DNA of 64,000 nucleotides from Setoptus koraiensis (Eukaryota; Animalia; Arthropoda): NCBI GenBank assembly GCA_048013815.1, contig CM106586.1, positions 20,770,001 to 20,834,000 of the forward strand, read 5' to 3'. Shown piece by piece: positions 53,575 to 64,000 of this stretch (position 1 is its first letter; each line of letters starts with the position of its first letter). The notes under the pieces were generated by a model. It saw only the letters and a program-made list of their open reading frames with translations, ran no database searches and was not told where the DNA came from. The position numbers and the translations under genes were made by a program.

Positions 53575-54290
53575 TCTGTCGACATCTGCAGTGCATTTTC
53601 GAAGATGAACAGAGGCGACTCGAAGAGCACAGATCGTGTATACAGAGAAACTTGATAGAACATGAATGGCGCATTCAATGCACGCGAAAAACCAACAGCA
53701 TGCCGCACATGCGGATAGGTGGAACGTTTTGTGCCTGTGTGCGGCACAAGATTCCGTGATTCGCAATGATCATTATGGTGCACGTCGCGCGAAGTTTGTA
53801 AGAGTGTAACAACAAGGCATACTTTGTGTCCTCTACTGCAGAGGTCGCACCAAATGGTGAGACCTATCTGATAAGCTCTTACCCAAGCTCCCTCTATCCG
53901 TGGTGTCGCTAATCGAAAACGATGTATCCGTTTCTGGGGCCACAACAATTCAGGATAGGAATCAATGAGAACAGGAATGCAAGTTTTGTATCGTTAGGTC
54001 TAGTCAAACCCGCAGGATCTTCAGTGTGATCCACGTTACGAAGTTAATGATCAACATCGCCACAATTAGTGGTGCAGTTTAAAAATGTAGAGAGGTACGT
54101 TTCGACAAGATTACCCCATCCAGACGTTGAATGGGGATCTGGTTCGAATTACATTCGGACGGAGTACTGGCCCCTTTCGGGGGGAGCGGGGCATGCGAGC
54201 TCGGTTCGAGGGAGACTAAATGGTGCGGGACAGGCTGGTAAGATGGTGGGAAACGAGAGAAAAATCTTTCGGGTGAATAGTGCCATCGAG
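53575..54290 (+). mobile_element. Possible highly degenerate LTR-retrotransposon gag remnant
   Basis: SVDICSAF, then CRTCG*VERFVPVC at 53701-53742 (CX2CX4[H>R]X4C spacing), and MVRDRLV at 54220-54240. Many stops are present and the motif order is atypical. Confidence 0.3.
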
Positions 54291-55079
54291 TACGACAACG
54301 AAACAGCTATTGTGTCATCTGAGTGCTGGCCCATTTTTACGCAAGCTGCCACTAATCTAACGCTACTGCCTAGCGCGTTTTAATGTTGAATAAAAGTGTA
54401 GGTTGATTCAAAGTCACTATTAGATTATCCGAGGCAATCTCGATTGAATCAGTGAAGTGAGTTGAATGCGAGCATCGTAGCGAAAGAGCTATAGTGAGCT
54501 ACTGATTTTGAGTTACTCACTCCACAGTACATGAAAGTTTCTGCATTCCTTGAGTATTTGGTCTCATTAAAAAGCCTACTCTTGATTCGTAGCTGACTGG
54601 CTAGGACATGGTAGCAGCAGCTTAGACGATAGAGTAGTTCTTTGTTTATAATCTTAGCCTTTGTATTAGATTGCATCACTGCTTGTATGTGCGTAAATCT
54701 GTTAGTTTGTTAGTGATGTAATAGAGTCGTCGCATCAAGTGTATGCCGGAATATGAATATTTTCCATTGTTATTATAACTTTGAGAGCAATATTGTATCT
54801 TATAAAGGATAAAATATAACAATACGCAAAGGTATGTGGAATATCTCCATCGATACGCTGACTCGAATCAACAATACAAAATTAAGAATAGATACAAATG
54901 TGTGATGATTATATTCGAGCAGCCTATGCTTAAGCGCCGTTCTTATCCGATTTAGCCACAGAATATTGTTGCTTTTTTATTTGTGTTCAGCGACACTCAT
55001 TGAACTTAATAGGCATCATTCAAGAAAATATTCATCACAGACACTTCTATTATCCAGCCAGCTCTCACAATTAATCATC

Positions 55080-55847
55080 ATGGCCCAATACGAACAAAAC
55101 GCTGACGCAGGTCAAAGACTATACCTGAAATCGCCACCCTCTCGTCCAATTTATGTTCAAGTCGAATTCGAAGTATCGGGTAGTGTCCACGGTAAGTAAC
55201 CACGAGATGTTACTATTTATCTTCATTTTTTTTTGTCGATAATGAAAACTGATCATGTTTCCTCCGGCTGAATCACTCTCTGCTTCACGATACTATAAAA
55301 AAATGCCAGGAGTATATTTCACAAAGGTAAGGGTCTTGATCGTTCATTCCCTCTTTCTTACGTGGATACTTGTAATATAACAGAATCGAGCACAATGTAA
55401 CATTATTTCTTACCACATTTGTCCATTCACGATACAGTATGCCAAGGAAATGAGTTCAAAATTAGGAATAAGAGGATGGTAAGTCTCGCGAATTTTAAGA
55501 TACCTTCACCGAAGGCGCAAAGAACTCAACATGCAACTAATTAACTGTTAAATTACCAAATAAATCAGGATCAGATTCACGAAGAGGGGCACTGTCGTAG
55601 GACAAGTAGAGGGAGAGAAAGACAAGATCGACGAGATGGCTCTATGGCTCAGACTTCAAGGTATGTGCTCCTGAAGACAATTCACCATGAAATCGCCTCG
55701 TGTTGGCCTCAAATCAGTGCTCTAACATGCTATTTATCGACTTATCGTTCAACAGGTTCACCAGGTTCAAAGATCGACCACTGCGAATTTCGGAAATGGC
55801 AAATTATAGACTCGTATAGCTATCGAGATTTTAACATCAGATTCTAG
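55080..55847 (+). CDS. Acylphosphatase-like protein, 5 exons (55080-55191, 55310-55326, 55438-55478, 55569-55660, 55756-55847)
   Basis: Spliced product VEFEVSGSVH|GVYFTK|YAKEMSSKLGIRGW|IRFTKRGTVVGQVEGEKDKIDEMALWLRLQ|GSPGSKIDHCEFRKWQIIDSYSYRDFNIRF*. All four introns are GT-AG and phases are consistent. Confidence 0.88.
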
Positions 55848-58800
55848 AGACACAGTTGGGTGAATTCAATCAGAGTCTATCTACAGTAGAAAGAGATTTT
55901 GCATTAGCAACATGAGCACACCAGCGAAATAAGTTGGAGCAAAAAAGAATGATGTCTCCGGTTCCACTATAATCAAATATTCTAAATATCCGAGTTGAAT
56001 AGGAATTTTTTTTCCTATTCAAAGTTAGTTCCTTGCGAGTGTGTATGCGTGGGCCCATCATTAAATGGCTAGCTGGTTCAACGATCTCACTGTATGTTAT
56101 CATGATAACAGAGATTCAGAACATTAACTTTAGTTGCCAACACTAATCCAAACTATTTGTTACTCTACAGAGATAATATATATGCTAAATTAACATTTAA
56201 TGCTAACATTGGAGGAACGGTGTGATCGTCTCATTATTCGTTATTTTGTTTGATAATTGTTGCCTAGCAGTCGAGTCTTTTCATTGTGGCCATTAGCCAA
56301 ATTGTCGGAATATCAACAGGTCGACAGATTGACGTGTCACGATACTGAGCAACGCGGAAAGTATAAATTATTATTTTTGAAAACTCGGAGCAATCCTTCC
56401 GGGACATTTGTGCACTATTGATCGAGATCCTTCACAGATGCATTAAGAGGGTGGTTGCGATCAGAATTGGCCAAACATTATGTTTTTATTCCGTTACATT
56501 GCGAGATACATTATTTTATGTGAAAGCGAAACTGAAGCAGCGATTATCAGGCACATAAGTAATTTGCCAATTCCTTTTGTGGTGCCTAGCATAACGTGAA
56601 TAAATGATTGGCCATTATGAGCATGAATTTGAACTTTGTCTCATTCCTCGAGCTGATTGTGGTACAAACATCAAGCAGCATCAGCATACTGATAAATAAG
56701 ATGATATCTTGGTCTTTATACGGCCAGTAATGCCAATGACATGTGTGATTGGGGATGGTGTTTGCGGATGTACATTTGTGCAGTGTCCGTGAGGTGTCAG
56801 TCTTTGTTTGCCATCGCCGATTGTTATCTACGAGTTCCCAGTTCGCACACATTATGAGTATTTCCTTGGTAGGAGTGATTGAAAATTTCTTTTTCTAAGA
56901 CGAAAGAAACATTGAATCGTGGTATAAGAAAAACACACATCCGACCGTGTGTGTAGCGTTCGCTGGGTGATTGCACAACAACGTTTATCACAATAAAATT
57001 AGCAGATAAAGCAAAACAGAAAGACGTGAGGGGGAGTTAGAATTGTTTGAAGCAAGTCTTAAACCATAGATTATCATTGTGAATATTCTGTTTCATTGTT
57101 GTTGTTGTAAAGTTTTTAAAAAGCAGCATGCTGTCGGTGAACTGCTAATCAGCTATGTAAAAACACAATCGATGCGGCATTGTTGGACGGATGTCAGAAG
57201 TCAAAGGCGATTGTCCGTTGACGGATGGGGCGAGGCGTCGAACTGGCTAGACGACAACCCTTTCTATTGGTTCCTTTATCGTGCCGAGGGAGAGGGAGAG
57301 AGAGAGAGAGTCATTGGAAGGCACTTACAACAACCCAAACAAACGACCTGTACTGCAATCATCGTTAGAAACGGTTGGTGACGGCGTGGGTGCTCAGTCA
57401 ATTAAGTCACAAAGAGAACGATGTTAGTCAAATACAAACTAAAGAGAATTTAAACTAACTAACAACTCTATGGGGAAGACCCACGTTTAACAAACTACTT
57501 CGATCTGGTCCGACGAATCCGGATGGAGCCTCCAAGTAGAAGGCCGCCGGCATAATTGTCGTTTCCTCCTCTGCCATAGCTACTAGCATCAAAAAAGATG
57601 GTTCTTCAGTGTGATGATACAGTAATTAGCAAACCAATTAGATGTTGATATCCGTCGTGACCAAACCATTGTAAACAACAACAATTATGTCTTTAGCGAA
57701 TACCTCGACGAAAAACAATCTGCATGCGCACACACATGGTAACATAAAACAATAATGATGTCGAAAATTGATGACGAAAAGATAATCCCAGGCTGCAGTT
57801 GCAGCCACCTCTCGCCGTCATCATCACCGCCACCTCACTGGATAAAACCTTGAGCAACCTGTTAAAGAGACAAGTTTTAGCTTTTTTCTAATAGTTTGTG
57901 TGGTGTGGTTATCAACAGATAAGACTTCATATCATGTGTTATTTTTCACTGGACAAAATGCCAAAAGAATTTTATTTTATTACAGTAGTACAGCAGGGAC
58001 AAATAACAACACTGACAACAACAAGTGTGAATAGGCTGGTCACAAGACAATCCCAACCAAGTACCTCCCACTAGATAATAACCGCTAGCAATAGTCAGAT
58101 TTGTCAGATCAAGCTGGCACTCATTTGCTGTTGTCGCTGTCGTTGTTATTATTGTTGTTGTTTCTTGATGGACTTGTAGTGGATGCCATTGTGTATTTGT
58201 TTGCACCGAGGCCGATTGGATAATTGTTGTTTAGACGTAGTCGCTTTGTAATAGTTTTCTTCTCGCTTGTCACCAGTCTAAGCTAGCGACTGAAGAATTT
58301 TGTGACTTGTCCAGGTAAGTTCCATACTACTAAAAAGGGCCATTACAGCAACATAGTAGTAGTAGTAGTAGTAGTAGCGGTAGCAGTGCTGGTTTGTACA
58401 GGTGAATATGATGATGATGGCAAGACCAATCAGATGGTCGAATAGTGGTCAGCTTATGTGCTTTGTCGTATGGCGTGCTTTTTTGCCTAATGCCACCATA
58501 CAAGCGACTTTTGTTCCCCCCAGAGGTGGCGGCGTCACCGGCAACGTCATTGTCGCTATTGGAATCATTCATATGGAACATAAACATTGCTTACAACCAA
58601 CTCTCAGTCTGAACAATCGACTATATCCGTTCAGCTCAGCACGAAAAAGGAAAATATATATTAGAGAATATGCTGCCTTTGCCTTTGTGTAATCACTCAC
58701 TTCATCATTTTTCATTAGCCCAACCTCTCACCTCTTTCATACTTTATTTGTTCACCGAGATCGTTCATCATCTAACCAAACCATAAACTCTTTATATTTA

Positions 58801-60960
58801 TCTCTGCGAGTTCGGCCAATGCTATCGGAAATAAACTCATTGGGCAAGATCCAAATGCTGAGACTTGAGTGATGTCACCATAGGGCATCGCTATGACTTT
58901 CTATGAACTGTCGGGCACAACATGTGAGGTCGAAGCAATAATAATAACAACAACAACAATATGACCGGACTGACTGATAACGTCATTACATAAAATTATG
59001 AAAACTGTTGCATGAGATAGCGCGCGCGCGCACTCACACACTCGCATACAGAAACAAATTTGGTTAACATAAGTGTAGAAATAGAGATTTATTAAGTTGT
59101 AAAAGAGGAGACAGACAAAAAAGTCCCAGACGTTCATTTGTCGCAAAGTATTTAAATGGAGGCTAATGCTAATGAAGGTTGCAGAATGATAAATCATTTA
59201 GAAATGACAATTTTGCCAAGATGTCATATAAAAGTATTACATATGAGATTAATCACTGCACAAACAGTTTAGACATAAGATCACCACCATTTAACTAATC
59301 AATAGATACATGTGTACAAGCAAACTGTCAGTGACAAAAAAGCAACACTAACGACGTGACGCAAACTACACAAGTGTGATACGGATCGAAAGCAACTTTT
59401 ATTTGTCATTCACTTTGCAGCATTACCAACTAATTTTACACACAAGTGACATTGAAATGATACGTGAGAAAAAAAAAGAAATTAGAATAAATAGTTCAAT
59501 TGTCCCTATATCATTTAGTCAAAAATAAAGTCACACTCACCTAGGTAGATCGGAGTGCAGTGCATAACCTTCAAAATAGGAAAACCCTGCAACTGCGACA
59601 ACGACAACTACAACGACGAAAGCAACAACAAGTTGTTGCTGATACAAGTACTGTAGCAATAGTATTAGTGAAAGTAAAGTGCCTCAGAAAACTAAACTAT
59701 ATATCACAAGAAAATTTAACCAAGCGACCTGTGTTATTTGCTGATACACAATTTGTCGTTGTCTCTTGTGTAGCGTGTCTCGCTCGACCGCACGTCGGCA
59801 TGGGGGACTTATTATTACTATAATGACAACTAGTTGCTCACGAAACATTATTACAAATACGACAACATTTTGTCACTAATTTCCGTTGAACTATTCTGAA
59901 AATCAATAGAAGTTGCAAGTTATTTCAAGTGTAAGTAATCATTTGCAAAAAACCAAGAATAGACAGCGAAAGGCTCAACAATGATTGCTCACTGTGTGTT
60001 CTGAAGAATTTCGAAACAGATCATTCTAATTAGTGATAGACGACCAAAAAATTATTAGTAGTTGTAGTTGAGAACCAACTAATTGTAGATCAACTGGGTT
60101 GATTAAGAAGGAATGTTGACCGTCAATGCACTACAATTATATTTGAGTACATTTATATTTGTCATCAGATTCGCACTGTTCTCTTTGTTAACAAATTTAC
60201 ATTAGCTGCAGCAGAAAACTAAACTCATCGAGATATTTCACTGTTTCGTTGTTACAGTTACAACACTTGCATACTAATGTAATTTATACATGTATAAGTA
60301 GGAAAGTGAAGTGAGATTATATGAGTGATTTTTTCTTTGTGATTTGTTTGTTTCAATCTCATGCGGAATTTAACAGTTGCCTAAATACATATAACAAGAA
60401 AACAATAGCTCAACAGCAACAATAGCTAATATCAGAAGAATAGCATCACCAGTTGAATAGTACCACTCGCAAATACCTTTATAACAATCAAGCAAGAACA
60501 GTCTAAGAAATGTTTAAAGAACAAAAAACTCGTACATAATCATGTTCTTGTTACATTGAAGCTCCCTAAACAATCCGATGAAATGATCTTTGTGTGACAT
60601 ACTATCAATACATTCTACTTATCATTTTTATCCATAGTTATATAGACAATTCAAAATTAAACAATTGAATTGACATGCATATCAATTTAATTGAGCAATG
60701 ATGCAACAGTTGATTACGACTGTTGTATTAATAATTACTTTCACTCTTTTTATTTCTTTATTATGGTAGCCAGATAATTAAGATAATTGATTAATTTAAA
60801 CACACGTAGTTATGTTTATTTGGTGGATTTAACTAAGATATTCCAACATAAACACAAGTCACATTTATATTCACTGTTTGATCACTCATTCCCAACTAAC
60901 TAGTTATATACAAACACAATCTCAATCAAATCAAATCGACAAACATATCAGCACAACAAT

Positions 60961-61947
60961 ATGGATTTGATTGTAAAGAATTGTAAATATTATTATGCAT
61001 CCTACTGGAATGATATCGGTGATATAAGAGCCACCCATTCAGCTCTACTTGATGGTGGGCCATGGCAGATGTTAAGCTTTGTGGGGGCCTATTTGTATTT
61101 TGTTAAACGTTTTGGACCAAACATGATGAAGAATAGAAAACCCCTAACTAATCTAATGTGGCCAATTAGAATGTACAATTTATTTATGGTCTGTTTCAAT
61201 ACTTATCTATTTATGAAATTGTCACCAGCCATGAAGCTAGGACTTGCTGGATGGGGATGTGGCAATGCAATGAAACCATTCGATGATGAAATTTTCAAAA
61301 TTCTAGAGTTAGTGTTGCTATCAAGATATTTTGACTTTTTTGATAGCATATTCTTTGTGTTAAGAAAAAAATATGAACACTTGAATCTGCTACACGTCGC
61401 CCATCATTCTTCTGTTCCGATAATATTCTGGTTTGCCGTTAAATACAATCCTCAGCCAATAGTTATCTTCGCCGGCTATATCAACTTACCTGTACATATG
61501 ATTATGTACTCCTATTATTGTCTATCTACGTTTGAATCAATGCGAAAATATCTTTGGTGGAAAAAATACATAACAACAGTACAGATTGGACAATTTGTTA
61601 TAGATATCATACATAGTTTACATCCGGTTTATTTACCGCGATGCAATTATGCAACAATGACCTATGTTCAAATCGGATTCTCTATATTTTTTCTATACCT
61701 ATTTTGTAGTTTTTTTTCACGAAGATATAAAGATGACAACAAATCCAAGCAAAAAACTGCAACAATAACACAAACTGAAGCAGCACGACAATTAAGCACA
61801 TGTAAATCAATTATAAAAGATGATCCTCCCGCTCAGGCAACAATCAAACAGCCAAACGATCTAGCCTGTTTCAAAGAGGCGAGCGTCAATATCGAAAACG
61901 TCTCAGATTGCTCAACTATCAGGACCAGATCAGCGAAAGAAGATTGA
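60961..61947 (+). CDS. ELOVL-family very-long-chain fatty acid elongase, 328 aa, intronless
   Basis: GPNMMKNRKP, YNLFMV, SRYFDFFDSIFFVLRKK, His-box HVAHH, HMIMYSYY, LWWKKYITTVQIGQF. Confidence 0.93.
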   Translation: MDLIVKNCKYYYASYWNDIGDIRATHSALLDGGPWQMLSFVGAYLYFVKRFGPNMMKNRKPLTNLMWPIRMYNLFMVCFNTYLFMKLSPAMKLGLAGWGCGNAMKPFDDEIFKILELVLLSRYFDFFDSIFFVLRKKYEHLNLLHVAHHSSVPIIFWFAVKYNPQPIVIFAGYINLPVHMIMYSYYCLSTFESMRKYLWWKKYITTVQIGQFVIDIIHSLHPVYLPRCNYATMTYVQIGFSIFFLYLFCSFFSRRYKDDNKSKQKTATITQTEAARQLSTCKSIIKDDPPAQATIKQPNDLACFKEASVNIENVSDCSTIRTRSAKED

Positions 61948-62212
61948 AGAAACAAAGAGAACGAGCTGTTTGGCAATTTAGGGTTTAGGACCTTTTTAAT
62001 TATTTCATAAACTAACAAGCACAATTATATTTCTTGAATTACTCTTGGAATCAAACAAATAAACTCTTAATATGGATTTATTTCTTAATACATATTGCTG
62101 TATGCTTAGGATAATTTTGCTCTTGACTAAATTGATATAGTTTTACGAATTCTGACGTGGCCCCATAACTAAAATAATAATATAATTTTTTCTTATAATC
62201 ATATGTTTGAAC

Positions 62213-64000
62213 TCAAAGCTTTGTCTGACGAGGATAATACTCTTCAAGGATGCCAGGTGGTATACGACGCAACATATCTTTAGGAAACATACGTAACAAC
62301 TTCCAGGCAATATTTAAAGAATCGAATACTGTCCGGTTCTCATGCATGTCCTGAGCTAGAAAACCTCTTTCAAATTTATCTAGAAACTCTAAGTAAAGCA
62401 AGTCATCTGATGTTAGTGCCTCTTCACCGGCAACTTTCTTCATTGGAGCAACATCCTGGGTGGCAGTTGCGTAGCAGGCGTACATCTGATTGGACACATC
62501 TGAGTGGTCTTTTCTTGTCATGCCAGGTCCAATAGCGGACTTCATGAGACGACTAAGTGAAGGTAAAACATTGATAGGTGGATAGATCTTACGACCATGT
62601 AAATTACGATCAATATAGATCTGACCTTCAGTAATGAACCCTGTAGTGTCGGGAATGGGATGAGTAATGTCATCATTGGGCATAGTTAATATAGGAATTT
62701 GTGTAATCGATCCTGTCCTTCCTTCTACACGGCCAGCTCTTTCATAAATTGTTGCTAAATCACTGTACATGTAGGGTGGATAACCACGACGTCCTGGAAC
62801 CTCTTCGCGCGCTGATGAAATCTCACGTAGAGCGTCACAATATGATGTCATGTCCGTCAAAATGACTAAAACATGACGGCCGCACTCGTAAGCCAAAAAT
62901 TCTGCTGTTGTCAAAGCAATACGAGGTGTTATTATACGTTCAAATGTTGGATCATTCGCTAAGTTGATAAACAAGCATACGTTTTCCATTGACCCATTGG
63001 CAATAAATTCATGCCTAAAAAATCTAGCAGTCTCTGATGTAACACCGATAGCGGCAAACACTATGGCAAAGTTACTCTCAGGCTTGTCACCTCCCGATGT
63101 TTCAGTTTCAGAACCGGGAGCTTTCACAAGACCAGCTTGACGACAAATTTGTGCAGCGATTTCATTGTGGGGCAGACCAGCTGCAGAAAATATGGGAATT
63201 TTCTGGCCTCTTGCAATAGAATTCATGACATCGATAGCTGAAATACCGGTTTGTATCATTTCCTGAGGATAGTTACGACTAGCAGGATTAATGGGCTCAC
63301 CATTGATATCGAGATATTTTTCTGGAGTTATTGCATCACCGCCATCAATAGGTTTACCACATCCGTTAAAGATACGTCCAAGCATGTCTTCTTCTACGGG
63401 CACCCTGAGGAGCTCGCCAGAGAATTCACACTCTGTGTTTTTGACGTCTAAGCCTGATGTTCCCTCGAAGACTTGAACGACCGCTTTGGTCCCCTTGAAT
63501 TCTAGAACTTGAGCAGTTCTGCGGCTGCCATCAGGCAGCTTAATAATAACAATTTCACCATATTGTGGAAAGCGAACCAGATCGACAACAAGTAGCGGCC
63601 CGTAAACAGATCCTATTGTTTTGTAGGTTAACCTAGGCTGAAAATCTTTGGGCGCCGACTTAGTTTCGCTGGGCTGCACTAGTGATCCTTCGCCTCGTTT
63701 AGATAAAGCCGATATTTCTGGCAATAGTTGTTGATTTACCATTTCGAGTCGATTCTCCAGTGTGTTGGACACTTTGATTTTGGAATTGATCGCGGTCAAT
63801 TCGATACCTCCACAAGATTCAGGATGGAGATAATTTTTTTCATCGATCTTAAGATTGCATGGATCGCCGGATCGTTTTCTATACGTTTCCGCACATTCTT
63901 CCATGACTGATTTGACCAAATCGGCGTCTTGTTGTCGACATCTAAGTAGTACATCTTTTTCCATAAGTCTGTAGAGCGCTTGCTCAATGAGCTGCTTGAG
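62213..64000 (-). CDS. ATP6V1E-ATP6V1B: In-frame fusion of V-ATPase V1 subunit E (C-terminal part; 5' end beyond the window) and full V1 subunit B
   Basis: The ORF is open from the window edge: [25 protein letters not shown]...CGGIEL...[23 protein letters not shown] (E), then a 24-aa linker, then QPRLTYKT...[45 protein letters not shown]...REEVPGRRG...[10 protein letters not shown]...EYYPR (B). Confidence 0.9.
   Translation of the reverse strand, partial: LKQLIEQALYRLMEKDVLLRCRQQDADLVKSVMEECAETYRKRSGDPCNLKIDEKNYLHPESCGGIELTAINSKIKVSNTLENRLEMVNQQLLPEISALSKRGEGSLVQPSETKSAPKDFQPRLTYKTIGSVYGPLLVVDLVRFPQYGEIVIIKLPDGSRRTAQVLEFKGTKAVVQVFEGTSGLDVKNTECEFSGELLRVPVEEDMLGRIFNGCGKPIDGGDAITPEKYLDINGEPINPASRNYPQEMIQTGISAIDVMNSIARGQKIPIFSAAGLPHNEIAAQICRQAGLVKAPGSETETSGGDKPESNFAIVFAAIGVTSETARFFRHEFIANGSMENVCLFINLANDPTFERIITPRIALTTAEFLAYECGRHVLVILTDMTSYCDALREISSAREEVPGRRGYPPYMYSDLATIYERAGRVEGRTGSITQIPILTMPNDDITHPIPDTTGFITEGQIYIDRNLHGRKIYPPINVLPSLSRLMKSAIGPGMTRKDHSDVSNQMYACYATATQDVAPMKKVAGEEALTSDDLLYLEFLDKFERGFLAQDMHENRTVFDSLNIAWKLLRMFPKDMLRRIPPGILEEYYPRQTKL

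Noticed and set aside
54125-54215. GGTTCGA motifs and a CCCCTTTCGGGG hairpin as a tRNA or other ncRNA
   Set aside because: No cloverleaf, A-box or acceptor stem could be built.
56000-60900. Short ORFs between the acylphosphatase-like gene and ELOVL (for example 58330-58587, 57946-58206)
   Set aside because: They are microsatellite-rich, have no recognisable domains, and I could not build a consistent exon chain; the region is probably regulatory or UTR/intron sequence.
1-64000. CRISPR arrays, rRNA, snRNA or prokaryotic operon structure
   Set aside because: There is no repeat-spacer pattern or recognisable RNA-gene sequence, and spliceosomal introns and eukaryote-specific genes show this is nuclear DNA.

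Overview
This is eukaryotic nuclear DNA: AT-rich and gene-dense, with short GT-AG introns in small genes, intronless large housekeeping genes, and many CAA/GTT microsatellites. The gene content (cuticle-like protein, arthropod-type i-lysozyme, CNC bZIP) and intron poverty suggest a compact arthropod genome. An eriophyoid-like mite is my inference and cannot be proven from the sequence. All identifications come from by-eye motif and family recognition; no database search was run. Recognisable genes: TTC28-like, glomulin, perilipin-like, V-ATPase V0 d, a SNX29-like PX protein, a divergent cystinosin, a signal-peptide RING-H2 protein, ATP6AP1/Ac45, a CNC bZIP, an i-type lysozyme, GatA/QRSL1, phosphorylase kinase alpha, RAD50, a cuticle-like protein, TADA1, NDUFB4, an acylphosphatase-like protein, an ELOVL elongase and V-ATPase V1 subunits. 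Five observations stand out. (1) One uninterrupted ORF fuses the C-terminal part of V-ATPase subunit E to a complete subunit B. (2) The convergent V0-d/Ac45 gene pair is duplicated with reciprocal pseudogenisation. (3) An apparently secreted RING-H2 E3-like protein has no transmembrane helix and is a candidate effector. (4) A duplicated CNC N-terminal region runs in frame into an i-type lysozyme. (5) RAD50 is shortened and has no CXXC zinc hook. The window also holds two inverted-repeat elements, a TRIP12 pseudogene fragment and a possible retroelement remnant. No rRNA, tRNA or CRISPR array was seen.
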